A stretch of DNA of 64,000 nucleotides from Octopus bimaculoides (Eukaryota), in assembly GCF_001194135.2 (NCBI RefSeq), contig NC_068999.1, forward strand, positions 25,921,922-25,985,921, given 5' to 3'. This document shows positions 23,351-37,345 of this stretch, piece by piece (position 1 is the stretch's first letter; the number at the start of each line of letters is the position of its first letter). Position numbers and translations under genes: made by a program. Below the pieces are notes generated by a model. The model saw only the letters and a list, made by a program, of their open reading frames with translations, ran no database searches and was not told where the DNA came from.

Positions 23351-24317
23351 CTGCAGTTAACAAACAATATAGATTGCACTTAATGTGGTAATTATTACTG
23401 GTCTTTAACATTAAATTAAATTTCATTTTCATTTTTTACATATAACAAATTTGTTTTGTTTGTTTATTACAACAAACAATTTTTTACTGTAATAGACCTC
23501 AAAATTATCACATAGATTGCTTTATTTGTTATCAGTATTGAAAACCATCCCAGCCATGTCTCCACCTCACATTGTCTTTTATCAGAACTGTATTTAGCCA
23601 AGGTCTTTTTAGTTTTTTGTAACAGTGGACTATTGTTTGTGAGAACCTTGGCTGATATTTCTAGCAGAGTGATCATTGGTTCATCTTTACTTTAGAGTTT
23701 TATGCTTGAGAGCCAAAACCTGTATATGCCAACTCACTTTTAATGGGCCATTCAAGTGAAATCGAAATCGTAATTGAACCATATTCGATGACTGGCCCCT
23801 GTGCCAGTGGAGCACTAACAGCACTATCCGAGCGTGATCATTGCCAGAGCAGCTGTCTGGCTTCCGTGCTAGTGGCATGTNNNNNNNNNNACTAACAGCA
23901 CTATCCGAGCGTGATCATTGCCAGAGCAGCTGTCTGGCTTCCGTGCTAGTGGCATGTAAATAGCACCATTTGAGCATGATCGTTACCAGCGTCGCCTGAC
24001 TGGCACGTTAGAAAATCATTCAAGCAAGGTCGTTGCCAGTGCCGCTGGACTGGCTCCTGTGCAGGGGGCATGTAAAAAACACCGTTTCAAGCATGGCCGT
24101 TGCCAGTACCACATGACTGGCCCTTGTGCCGGTGGCACGTAAAAGCACCCAGTACACTCTCGGAGTGGTTGGTGTTAGGAAGGGCATCCAGCTGTAGAAA
24201 CTCTGCCAGATGAGATTGGAGCCTGGTGCAGCCATCCAGTTCACCAGTCCAGTCAAATCATCCAACCCATGCTAGCATGGAAAGCGGATGTTAATCAATG
24301 ATGATGATGATGCTCAT

Positions 24318-25327
24318 CCCTTTATTATTCCTACTGTATTTGTGTAACATCGTTCATTTTTTTCCGTCCTTGTTTTTGTATACATTCACTGCTTTCTTCC
24401 AAGAAATCTAATGCTCTTAGCTTAGTTTTTCCGAAATTGCAAAGATAATCTGGATCTAGACTGAAGAGAGAAAACTCCGAATGACATATCCGTGTTTTCT
24501 TTGTGTCGGTCTATCTGTATGTTTTTCGTTCTTGTCCCATTCTGTATTATTTATATATATATATATATATATATAGCGGCGTACATACACTTTGTCTCTT
24601 GTATGTAAGTAAACATTTTTCTAAACCTTGTATGACTCTATTTCTGTCTATCAGCCCCTTCACCCTTATTCATTCATTCCACTGTTCGTTCTTTCATTCC
24701 CCCTCACTCACATTTCCTTGCCTTCTCTTCTCCCTCCACTTTTCACTTCACTGTGTCCCTGTCATTTTTTCTCGACCCTCCCTAATTCTTTTGTCCCTCT
24801 GCCTCTACCTCTCTCTCTCTTCTCTTCCCATGTGACCGGTGTTCGGCCAAGCCTTACCTTTCTTATTTTGGGCGGCCGTTGTGCGTGCAACATCGTAATT
24901 TCTCCCTGTCCCTGAGAAATCTTGTATCCCGGCTGTAAGGCCTTATTTCCATATACGCCAGCTTAATTTTATTCGTCCTTAGTTGAAAGACATCTGTTGT
25001 TATGTCCCGTTATTATTCCTACTGAATTTGTACTACTGTAATTGTGTAACATTGTTCGTTTTTTACCGTCCTTGTTTTTGTATACATTCACTGCTTTCTT
25101 CCAAGGAATCTAATGCTCTTAGCTTAGTTTTTCCTTGGGGCTGGTCAGATTGGAGCAATATTGAGAATAACCAGGCGAAATTGCAAAGATAATCTGGATC
25201 TCGACTGAAGAGAGAAAACTCCGAATGACATGTCCGTGTTTTCTTTGTATCGTCTATCTGTATGTTTTGTCCCTTTCTTGTATCACCTGTCTGGATGTTT
25301 TGCGTTCTTGTCCCATTCTGTATTATT

Positions 25328-25335
<8 letters not shown>
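24318..25335. repeat. Element with long direct repeats flanking a unique core
   Basis: 24318-24552 and 25006-25330 align closely. The left copy has three internal deletions. Both copies end in (TA)n. Confidence 0.9.
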
Positions 25336-25373
<38 letters not shown>

Positions 25374-25377
25374 TATG

Positions 25378-25413
<36 letters not shown>

Positions 25414-25419
25414 TATCTC

Positions 25420-26145
25420 GGTCACCAGTCATTGCCTCAGTGAGGCTCAAAGTTTGAAGATCATGCTTCACCATCCTACTTCTTCTTGGGTCTACCTCTA
25501 CCACAGGTTCCCTCCACAGCTAGAGATCAGCACTTCTTTGCACAGCTGACCTTGTCCATATGCATCATATGACCATACCAGCACAGTCGTCTCTCTTTCA
25601 CACCACATCTGATTCCTCTTATGCCTAACTTTTCTCTCAAGATGCTTACACTCTGTCGAACATGCACACTGACATTGAACATCCAGCAAAGCATACTGGC
25701 TTCATTTCTCTCAAGCCTATGCATGTCCTTGGCTGTCATAGCCCATGTTTCACTGCCATGCAGCATAGCTGTTCTCACACAGGCATCAAACAATCTGCCT
25801 TTCACTCTGAGAGACAGGCCCTTTGTTGCCAGCAGGGGTAGGATCTCCCTGAACATTGCCCATCCTAATCTTATTTTCACAGCATCCACCTCCACTACTA
25901 ACTTGGTCACCTAGATAACGGAAGCTATCTACTACCTCTAGCTTGCCCCCCACCTGGCAGTTGAAGGAGTCTATTCTCTGCCCATTTTCAGTGTTTATTG
26001 TACCTGTGCATCTTCCACATACAAAAGTTAGTTTCCCTGTTAACCTTCCTCTAATATTGCTGCACCTTTTATGTGTCCTAAGCTTACACTGGGTGCATCT
26101 TATGGAGTTTCTACCTACATCTTTTCTACAGATTGAGCTGGGTTG
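25420..26145 (-). mobile_element. RTE-clade LINE RT 3' fragment
   Basis: ORFs contain LEVVDSFRYLG, KIRLGWAMFRE and VRTAMLHGSETW. Closely similar to 30440-31100. Confidence 0.88.
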
Positions 26146-28259
26146 TAAATATAATATAAGAAAATAAGACAAGCAACCAACAACACTGCCATCCACAAAG
26201 GTAATATAAAATAAATAAAGTAAGAACGTATTCAAATTAGTCTTATTTCTTGGTTACTTCTATTACTTTTCTTAGTTTGTTGAGTTGGAGTTAATGATTT
26301 ATGAGTAATGATTATGATGACAGATAAGTAAGATCTAGTTAATAACTGAAGCCTGCTTGTGATTATATTCCATCAGCAAATCAGATAGATATATTTTTCT
26401 AGATAAAAGGATTCAATTGATTAAATTACTCCCAGGTGAACATATTTAATGACATTTTTCCTGTAAATGGTGTTCCATTTTCTAAGCAAATACTTGAAAG
26501 TGGTTAACTGCCAATTAGTGCATAATTAAGATATAATGAAAGTTGATTGGGAGCTGTGCATTGTTTTGAGTTACTGCTACTAATGGTGATTATTTACCAA
26601 TAGCTGTAAATCACTGAATTTATTTATTTACTATCATAAATCTGTTCTGAGTTTAAATCCTGCCTAGGCTAATTTTATTTTTCATCTGAGGGTTAACAAA
26701 ATAAGTAATGTGCTCAATTAAATTCCTTTTTATCCTTTACATGTTTTAGTAATTGAACTCACGGTCATGCTGGGGCATTACTATCAAGGGTTTTAGTAGA
26801 ACAAATCGATCCCAGTGCTTAGTTTTTGAAGTTTAGTATTGGCTTCTATTCACAAACTGCTAAGTCAGTGGTAAACAAACCAAAACCAGCTGTCAAATAG
26901 TGGGGTTGGTGGAGACACATATACACACAAACATATACAATATGCTTCTGCCTACCAAATCCATTCACAAGAGATTTGGTCAACCCAGGACTATAATAGA
27001 AAACTCTTGCCCAAGGTGCCAAACAGTGGGACTGTGCTCTTACTAATTTGTAAATTAGCAATTCAAGAAACCATTATTGACTATTTCTGCTCATGGAATG
27101 CAGCTGTAAAGCATTGGTGACTTCCTAACAAAACAAAACATTTGGACCTGATTTCTGTTTCTAACTATAAGTACCTGACATGTATTACAGGATCAATATT
27201 GATGGCAGCAAGCTGGCAGAATTGTTAACATGCTGGGCAAAATGCTTTGCAGTATTTCATCTGTCTTTACATTCTGAATTCAAATTCTGTTGAGATCAAC
27301 TTTGCATTTCATCCTCTCAAGGTTGATAAGAGAAATACCAACTGAGCACTGAGGGTTGATGTAATCGACTTAGCCCCTCACCCAAAATTGATGACCATGT
27401 GCCAAAATTTGAAACCAGTATTGATGGCAGCAATAATATGACAATAATGTCATTGTCATTTGTCTTTATCATCACAAAAATTGTCGGCATAGTCATCACA
27501 GTAATCAGCAAATCATCGTTTGTCTCATTCTTCAAAGGAAACTCTTCCTTCTGTGTAAAATGTGTTTGAAAATATAAGCTATTTCAGCATTTATAAGTGC
27601 TGTTGACCCCACCCTTGGGTGTTTTATCAATAAAGCTTAGATCAATGAGATTATAATCTTAGGAGAGAAACATTTGTGATGTAAGCCAAATTCGTGTTCT
27701 TTTCTCTGAAGATAGGATAAACAGATTACAGATAATGGAGATTAGATTAGAAATTAAATAAAGTATAGATCTCAATTAGGAGTTAGCATCTATGAATTTA
27801 ATTATTATAAACTTCATTTTACAAACTATGTCCTTTTTCTTTCATTTTGTCTTTTTAGAAAGATCAGTAGAGAGAGAAAGAGTAAAAGAAATGGATAAAA
27901 GATAGAATGAGTTAAGAAAGGAAGAATAAAGGAAAGAGGGGGGAAAGGAAAAGTAAGGGGAGGATGAAAGAGAAAAGATGTAAAGTGAAGGAAAGTGAAG
28001 AATTAAAGAGGAAAGAGAGTTAAGAGAGACAAACTATAGGGAAAAGTAAAAGGAAAACTAAGAAATGGGGGACCTGTAAAGAAAAAGGAAGTAGAGAAGG
28101 AATAATGAAAGAAGTAAAGGAGAAATAATATTGTGATAATGAGTAAAGGAAGATATAGATAGAGGAGGATTATACACAGAGAGAGAGAGAGTGTGTAAAA
28201 GAGAAGAAACAGAAAGGGAGATAGAGTAAAATAATACATTGGTTTCTTTTGAGGAGACA

Positions 28260-28800
28260 GGAGAATGTCATGTTTAGTTTAGATGAAAAGCTTCAGTTAT
28301 GTTCCATTAATGTTCCACTTGAACTATTGCAAGTCAACATCTGCAGAAAAGACATGAGCAGAGAGGGAGTTTCAGAGGGAGGACATTTTTGGAAGGATTG
28401 GACATAAGGATCAATGTGGGTCCAGTGGGGATTGAACATAATAAGAGTGACAAGAGGAGGAGAGATGAGTTGGCTGGGAATTCTCGAGTGAAGATGGCAA
28501 AAGCCAAGTCAGTTCTGCTCGTTCTGAAGAATAGAGACCATTATAGTACAGTAGAAAAGGCAGAGAGAGGAGTTAACAGGTCTTTGGGCCAGAAGTTGGA
28601 GTGTCTGTGAGCAACTTCATGCTCTCAGTTAGATTGCTATTTTCAGGATGTTGTCTAGGGTGTCTGTATCTGTGCAAAAGCAGCACCATCCCAGATGTAA
28701 GAGCAATACTCCATAGTGCTGGTACAGGTTTGATGGGAATTTTTGAGGTCAACCTTTTAGTTGCCTCTTACAACATGCATGGATACAGTATACTTAGTTG
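28260..28800 (-). mobile_element. Degenerate LINE RT C-terminal fragment (CR1/Jockey-like)
   Basis: Contains an MEYCSYIWDGA-like motif, followed by decayed sequence with frameshifts. Confidence 0.45.
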
Positions 28801-28884
28801 AATGATAGGTATACTGATATACACATGAACAAAAATATACATGAAATGTATCAGACATACTAAAAAAAAATCAATGGAAACTAC

Positions 28885-29059
28885 TATGAAGGGATGCTGG
28901 AAAGTTCCTGGTTTTGGGTAAAAGAAAATACAGGAGGATCAATTAATTATGATTTCATTTGCAGTGGTCCTTCAGATTTTCTAAGCCCTTTAAAAGAACT
29001 TGGAAGGTTGGGCCTCCAACCAGGTCTTTCGCAATATCCTTAAAGCCAGGAACTTTTCA
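28885..29059. mobile_element. Short mariner-like MITE remnant
   Basis: Inverted ends GAAAGTTCCTGGTTT and AAAGCCAGGAACTTTTC. Confidence 0.55.
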
Positions 29060-30439
29060 TAAACAGTGAATAGGTGTATAAGTTGATTAATTTTAAGGTG
29101 AAAAGAAAGAAACAGAATTCAACATTTCAGACATTGGGAGGTAATATTTATCCCCACTTAAACATATATGATCTATTAGAACAAACTATACTGTGGTAGT
29201 TACCATGAGAGAAACTCTCATATTGGCTTTTTGATGCAAAATGCACTCTTGTTTATATTGCTAGTGAGGAGATAAAAATTTCTGCTAGAACATCTATATT
29301 TAAGTGGAGATAAATATTACCTCTTGGTAGTAATACTACTGCTGTCACTAATATATATTTCAGACTGGTTCTTTGTCAAGTACACACAGAGAAGAAAGGT
29401 CTATCAAAGCAGTGTTTACAATGATAGTGATATGGGGGAGATTAATAATAATTAATATGGGGGAGACTTGAGAAGAATGATGTTTTACAACCAAAAGTGT
29501 GTTTTTTAGCTAAAAGAGATAAAGTGTGAGAATGCTTTATGAATAAATTTTGAAAGTATGTTATGTAAATGAAAGGGAGACTATTTGAGCATGTTGTATG
29601 AGTAGGTGTATATGTGTGTTGTGCTACGTGTGTGGTGTGCAAAAAGCATAATAGTATACGTGTGTGATAGGTAGTGTGTGTGGGGGGACAGAAGGAACTG
29701 TGAGGTACACAGGAGGGCATTTATCAGTGTGGGGGGAATCTCAGAAGAAGATAATGTTAATAAAGGAAAACAGGGTGATCATTAATTCCAGGTGGATGAG
29801 CTCTGTTGACTGAAGATTAGCTTTTGTTCATGGTGCAAACAAGAGGCAGGAGATCCATAGTATAAAACAACACTACAATCAGAGAGGTGCATGTAAATGT
29901 GGTCATGAGAATTGAGTTGGTGAGTTACAGATATTTATATCTGTTACTTACTAAAAGATCTACCAATCTCTGACTTGTTTCTTTAATATACAGCAAGCCA
30001 TATAAAGCTGGCATTTCATGCAGTAATGTTTTTGAGGGTACAGGTGAAACGGTTGCAGGTTTAAAATGGGGTTTATATCCTATTAGTGTGATGACGATAA
30101 AAGAGCTATGGACTAGAATGTCATGGAGCTTTGTTACATCTAACAGTGGGGAGAGGATCTTCAAGGAAGATGTGGGAAATAGCAGCATCAGATTGAAGGA
30201 GACAGCTTTGACCTAGGATATATGGTGGACAAGGGCTAAGAGAAGACCAGTGCATCACATGACAGTAGAGGTGTGGACAACAATACTGACCCATCTGTAA
30301 GTAGCTGGTTGGGTTTACCCATATTATGTGGAGTAAACCATTTGATGTGATAAGGTATTGAAGTTGGAGCCAAGGCTACAGTAGTGGCAAAAGCAAAGGA
30401 ATTGTGAGTAAAGGATAAAAGTGAGATAGGTATGACCTT

Positions 30440-32430
30440 GTTTCAGGTCTTGCTGGGTCTACATCTACCACAGGTTCCCTCCACAGCTAGAGATCAGCAC
30501 TTCTTTGCACAGCTGACCTTGTCCATATGCATCATATGACCATACCAGCGCAGTCGTCTCTCTTGCACACCACATCTGATTCCTCTTATGCCTAACATTT
30601 CTCTCAAGATGTTTACACTCTGTCAAACATGCACGCTGACATTGCGCATCCAGCAAAGCATACTGGCTTCATTTCTCTCAAGCCTATGCATGTCCTTGGC
30701 TGTCATAGCCCATGTTTCACTGCCATGCAGCATAGCTGTTCTCACACAGGCATCAAACAATCTGTCTTTCACTCTGAGAGAGCGGACCTTTGTTGCCAGC
30801 AGGGGTAGGATCTCTCTGAACTTTGTCCATCCTAATCTTATTTTCACAGCATCCACCTCCGCTACTAACTTGGTCACCTAGATAACAGAAGCTATCTACT
30901 ACTTCTAGCTTGATCCCCCTGGCAGTTGATCGAGTCTATTTTCTGCCCATTTTCAGCATTTAATGTACCTATGCATCTTCCACATACAAAAGCTAGTTTT
31001 CCTGTTAACCTTCCTCTGATATTGCTGCACCTATTATGTGTCCAAAGCTACACTGGGTGCATCTTATGGAGTTTCTACCTACACCTTTTCTACAGATTGA
31101 GCAGGGCCATCTACCTGAAAGGATTTGTTATTTGTCTGCCTTCTTATTTACTAAGACTTTGGTTTTTGCTAGGTTAAATCTAAGGCCTTTTGATTTTAGA
31201 CCTTGCTTCTATACCTGGAACTTCTCTAGTTCAGGTAGTGATTCAGCTATAAGAACAAAGTCATCAGCATAGAGAAGCTTCCAGGGATACACTGTCTTAA
31301 ATTCCTCTGTTATTGCTTATGATGAACAAGACAGGGCTGAGCACAGATCCTTGTACCCTGAATTCTTCGTTGTACTCATTACTATCCCTCACCTTACTGG
31401 TAGCAGCCCAGTACATAGCTTGTACAGCTCTCACCAACCACTCATCTATCCCTACTTTCTACATTGACCACCAGATAAGGGATCAGGGGACCCTGTCAAA
31501 GGCTTTCTCCAAGTCAACAAAGGCCAAGTACAGAGGTTTATCTTTGGCTAGGTATTTCTCCTGCAGCTACCACACCAGAAATATAACATCAGTGGTGCTT
31601 TTCCCTAGCACAAACCCAAACTGCATCTCATTTAAGCTAACTTTCTCTCTTATTAGTTGGGTTATGACTCTCTCCATAACTTTCATCACCTGATTCAGCA
31701 ATTTGATACCTCTGTAATTATTTCTATCTAAGGTATCACCTTTACCTTTGAAGCAGATTTACAATACAGGTGACTAGACTATAACCCATACTGCCAGATA
31801 TTTGAAGCATCTCAGCAGAGATTGCTGATGGGCTGGGGGCCCTTTCCTGTTTTCATATCCTTAATTGCTTTATCTACCATGGAACTGTCGATTCAGGTAG
31901 CCAGCCCCTCAATTGTGTCAACATTTGGCAGACTCTCTTCCTCCCACTCATTCTCCACATTCAGCAGTCTCTCATAATGGCATTAACAAGCCTCTTTCTT
32001 TGCAGAATCATTACATGCAAGTACACCATCATCCATGCGAACACATTTCTCTCCTGTGACATCACAATTTTCTCTCACACACTGTCTTGCAATCCAAAAC
32101 ACTTCGGTTCTTTGGTCCTCCTATCGCTGAACACAGGCAAACTTATTTCCTGCTTCTCCCTTGGCTAGATATACATGTCTCCTTGTATCCCTTCTGGCAA
32201 TCTAATACAGTACCTTGCTACCCCCATTCTTCCAGGCCAGTTTCTTAGCTCTAATGGTCCCATCTACCACATCGTTCCACCACCATGTTACTCTAGGGCG
32301 AGATGGGACTTTACACCAGCCACAGATTTGGTCTGTGGCACTCAGCAAGCTGTCCCTCAGGAATTCCCAGTTGCCCTCTGTTACAATTCTGTAGCTCCTC
32401 CTCCTTTGCATCGAATTTCTTAGTTAGGAT
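30440..32430 (-). mobile_element. RTE-clade LINE, degenerate RT region with embedded PHD-like finger
   Basis: LLYADD near 31270, GLRFNLAKTK, WPCSICRKGVGRNSIRCTQC, SF(C)YLG and LHGSETW. Upstream fragment RPRVTWWWNDVV. Confidence 0.88.
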
Positions 32431-35400
32431 GTCCCTAAATCTCTGACCATATGAAGTGGGGGAGGGTCCTCTCTTCTAAAGCTAAGTACTCCCTCTACAA
32501 GAACCTGCTCACACTTCTTCTTTCATACTTTAACCCTTAGCATCAGAAAATGCATTCTGTCATAGAGACCTTGCCAAAATAGACACTGGAGCATGATGGA
32601 CTGTCAAACCATCCAACCCATGGAACGTGGACATTAAATAATGAAGTTGATTGTAAATATAAGACAACTCTGGAATATTAGAGAAAATTCAACAGAATTA
32701 TAGTACCAGTACCACCCACAACTATCTTTGTAGCATCTCCACAAAAATAAAGATGTTCTGTAATAGGATTTCTTATAGTTCTTTCTCACAGTTCTTACAC
32801 CTCAAATGTTCTGTAATATGAGAAATTTTGTTAGCACTCAAATATTAAGGAAAACCATTTGTCCATGTTAATTAGATTTCAACAATGAGTAATTTGTGAA
32901 GATACTGCTTTATGAAAACTGAAAAAAAACATCAACAAATTTAGCTTATTACATCTGTATTGTCTAGTAATCTCATTATTTTGTCACATAGATTGAATAA
33001 ACCAGAATATAAATAATAGATTTGATTGGGATACGGTCAAGTACATTAACAGTGCTAGCTTGTAGATGCTGGATAAAAGACTTAGTGTGTTCATAATAAC
33101 AATAATGTTGATGTATAATAACCATCGTGTATATACTTAATATGACTGTCTTAAAATATCATAACTGTAAAGTAAAATTGTTACAAATTAATCTATTCTT
33201 TATGCTGATTATTTTCCTCCTTTAAAGTGTTAAATTTACTATTACAACTAAAATGTGGACTAATTTTTCATGATCACTTTCATATGAGTAAATAACAAGT
33301 TATGCTACCCCTATAATTGGGTATCCCTTGATAGTTCTGCATGCTAAAGAGCATAATAAGGGATGGAACAAGGAGCATTTTTATTTGTGGCTTTTCTGTT
33401 GTTAATTATGGTCATGCTGACTTTAAATTTAGAAGCTAAAACATATGTTTCCTTTAAAGACTGTAAGAAGTAACACTGAAAAAGGTTTGGATGCCACATT
33501 GAGTAGATGTAACAACATCATGGCCTTGAAACACATTTAGCTGACTTTATATCCAAAAACAAACAAGCATAATAAAGAGAGTAATTTCTTCCTTTTAACA
33601 AAAGTAGGAAACCAGGTCAGCACAGAATTTTTACTTGCAATTCTAAACATTATTTTATTTTTGAAAGCTTCAAATAAAATGTTACTTAAGTATCTTCAAA
33701 ACACATCTAGACTTTGAAAATATCCTTCTGAGATAAACACTGCCAGTAATTATGAGAGTGGGGGGGGGCAGTCTTAAATAACATATTGAAAGTTTATTGA
33801 CTTTAATGTTATTTATCTGATTTCATTTGAATTGTTAATGCATTTCAACTCTAAACAAAGAATTTTTTTTTATTCATCCATCTTTGGATACAAATTTGCC
33901 AGAGTTTATTGATGCAGCAAATATATTCCAAAGATAATAAGGCTGAACTGCTTCCTGCTATCCCAAGAAAAAATGTTGAGTTATGTGGAATTTTAGGAGT
34001 ATTAGCTACTTAATACTTATGTTGGTATATTGAAAACATTTTTGGGAAATAAGAGAAGCAACTAAATACTAAGCTGAGTATCTAGGAATATATATAAATT
34101 GTGTGTGTTGCTCAATTTTGCCTCTTAAACTTAAACTGCTGAATGAAAGTAGCTGAAGGCTGGTTATTAGAATATAATTACATGTGTAATTAAACTAAAA
34201 TTCATTGAAATAATGTTAGAAGGTAACATATGTTACAATAATTACTAGAACACCAATATAGCAGAGGTTATGAATAAATAAATAGAAGTCATAACTAGAT
34301 GTATTTTACCTTCTTATGAAATAAGGTCCCCGAAGGCCATAACAAGAGTTCAAAACCAGCTGTTCATGAGAACTGTTGTATATCAATGGCATAACTTTCA
34401 AACATTCAGCTATAGATCTAGAATTTGGTCAACCTAGCAAAACCAAAGGTTTAGTTAGCAAAAAATGAAATAGGGTGCTAATACCATCTGAGATCTGAGA
34501 AGTGGTTATACTTGATATGCAGAAATGAAGTTGGTAGAATTCTATGCTGTGTGCATAAAAGGTGCATTGGGGGTTTCAGACAGACTGACAGAAAAGTGCA
34601 TTTCATAATAGAAATCTTTCAAATATCCAGAGGATCCCTTCTAGTTAATAGATTCTATCCTCTTCTTAAACAGAAATGAGGACGGTTGGGGCAAAATCTT
34701 AGTAGCAAGAGTAAGGACTAAGATTTTGTAGGTCAAGAAAATGCTTAAGTGGATCAATCACAAACTAATGTAGGTGATAATGAAAATAACAAAATAGTGG
34801 CCATTCACTGCTTGATTCCAAAGTATCCTTTTACAAACTTTATCTACAACAGAGATCTATTTATGGAAGAAACTAGCAGAGATCCCCAGCATTGCCCATG
34901 TAACATGCAATTGAAGAATAAGACTTTTCTGTTATATTTTCTCTAATGAACTGGAATACCTATGATTCAAATTTCATCAAAATTGCAGATGAGGGTTCTT
35001 TCCCTCTTTACATACCCTAAAAAAATTCAAATCATGACACATGTATCCCATACTACAGATTTCAAAATTCCAGTCTTATGGAACTTGTTAAAAGGATTTT
35101 GCTCCTGAAAAATGGAGGTCATGGAGCTCTAAAATATGGGAGTTAAGGCCCCTATTGGGGGTGGGTGTATTAATGTCAACCAGAGAAATTGAATTGTTGA
35201 GAATCTTTTTGACTTGGGTGTTATATCTATTGTTTGAATTTCTTTGAAATAGGAAATATATGTATGTTCTCTGGGTTTGTAAAAGAGAGCAATGCTACTG
35301 GAAACCAAAAGACGAATGATCACAATAAGCAATCAGCTACCCTACCCTAGTCATTACTACTCCCCAATGTAGAATTCCTCACCATACAGGTGACAGGCAC

Positions 35401-36612
35401 AGCCGTAAGATGCATTACGGATCTATAGCAATTGGAAGGGCGTGACCCAACTGAAATAAACATTAACAACTGTGTGACGTGAGGGCTAAGGGGAAATGAA
35501 AGTGTCACCTCTGGAGTTTGCAACTGACCGATAGGTAACTGGACAGAATAAATTTACAATCTATAAATGTCTTTGAATAACCGGCCACTCATCTGGGAAG
35601 GCCTTGAAATCAATGTTACCACCTGGGGACTATGTGTGACCCAGTGATAATAAAAAGACTGAAAGGAAATCTGCAAGGAAATAACTTTACTCAACACTTT
35701 GCAACTGAATCAGTGGAGGCAAGGATGCCTCTCATTTATTTGACAATTTATGCACCACATTTCAGAAATCACAATGTAAGTATATCTTAAAGCAAACTCT
35801 TACACTGTTGTACCTTTGAATTACAAATATCGCTCATCTTTTGTGCTCGGGTGACCCTACAGCTTCGAAGAGTACAACTGTATTTGTCTTTGCTTAGATA
35901 AAATGACTAAATTGTGGGTGTTAAGTCCCCATGAAGTAACTTCTAAGAAGATGAGATTTTAGAAATATTACTTCATTTGTGTCTAATATCTATGGTTAAA
36001 ATTTCATCAACAGCAAAAATATATGAATTTTCATGGGGGTTATGGCCCTTGTGCATAGAATATAATTACNNNNNNNNNNCAACAGCAAAAATATATGAAT
36101 TTTCATGGGGGTTATGGCCCTTGTGCATAGAATATAATTACCAAATTTCATAAAGATCCATTCAATACTTTTGACCTAGTTTTGGATCATAACAAATGAC
36201 TAAAATTTGGGGGTCTTAGAATCCTCATGAGAAGTGGAAAGTTTGAGAATACATCTTGATGTGTGTCAATTACCCATGGTTGAAATTTCATCAACATCGA
36301 AAATTTATGAATTTTCATGGAAGCTCTTCCCCCTTTAAACCATCTCAAATTCAAACCAAACATACTGCATTATACCTGCCCTTATGCATTGAATCTAAGT
36401 TCCAAATATCATAAGAATCCATTCAGTAATTTTGGTCCATGAAATTGTATGAAACACACAGCATTACCCTTCTCCCTAGGCTTGGATTTTGTGTTCCAAA
36501 TTTCATTAGGATCTGTGCAGTAGTTTTCGAATGTATAAATAACACATGAACACACATAAAGACATTAACTTTTATATAATAGATATGAATATACACATAT
36601 ACATACATATAG

Positions 36613-36659
<47 letters not shown>

Positions 36660-37134
36660 AAAGATAGATTGCTAGATACAACTGAGTGGGCAAAGAAAAG
36701 TATGAGACACTGCCTAGTGCTTTTTTTTTTTATTTCGATAAGCCTGGTACTTATTCTATCAGTTTCTTCTTGTCAAACCAGTAAGTTATGGGGATGTAAA
36801 TAAACCACCAGCAGTTGTCAAGGAGTGATGAGGGAGAAACACAGAGACAAAGACACAAACATACACTTACATATATATATACAATTGATTTCTTTCAGTT
36901 TCTGTCTATAAAATCCATTCGCAAGGCTTTAGTTGGTGTGAGGCTATAGCAGAAGTCACCACACAGTGGGACTGAACCCAGGACCATGTGTTTTGGAACC
37001 AAGTTTCTTACTACACAGTCACACCTGCACCTATGTATGTGTGTGTGTGTGTATGAGTGTATATATGTATGCATGTATATATGTGTATATATATGTGTAC
37101 ATAAAAAAAAAAAAACTTCAACCAGCTATTCTGA

Positions 37135-37345
37135 TTATATGTCTGTGCACACGTTTGAATGTGGCGTGTGTCAGAGGGTTTGCAAATCCAATGGGGGTCT
37201 TAAAAGACATGTTAGGATCCACAATGAGCAGAACTTACTTGCAGGTATTGGTAGTGCAAATCAGAGGTGCAATCTGTGTGGGTGTTTTTTCAAAACACTG
37301 TCTGGTTTAAAAAGCCACATCAGACGCCATGAAAGGGCTAAGGTG
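37135..37345 (+). other. Two C2H2 zinc-finger motifs (LINE C-terminus or ZNF fragment)
   Basis: FECGVCQRVCKSNGGLKRHVRIH and RCNLCGCFFKTLSGLKSHIRRH in ORF 36986-37348. The upstream part of the ORF is microsatellite. Confidence 0.7.

Noticed and set aside
23812-23957. Exact duplications flanking the 10-N gaps (also about 36008-36142)
   Set aside because: Same signature of assembly overlap; not treated as biological repeats.
34310-34417. 108-nt GT-AG-bounded open segment (SIAECLKVMPLIYN...)
   Set aside because: It adjoins sequence that looks like a decayed LINE (about 34.4-35.3 kb) and cannot be linked to other exons; insufficient support.
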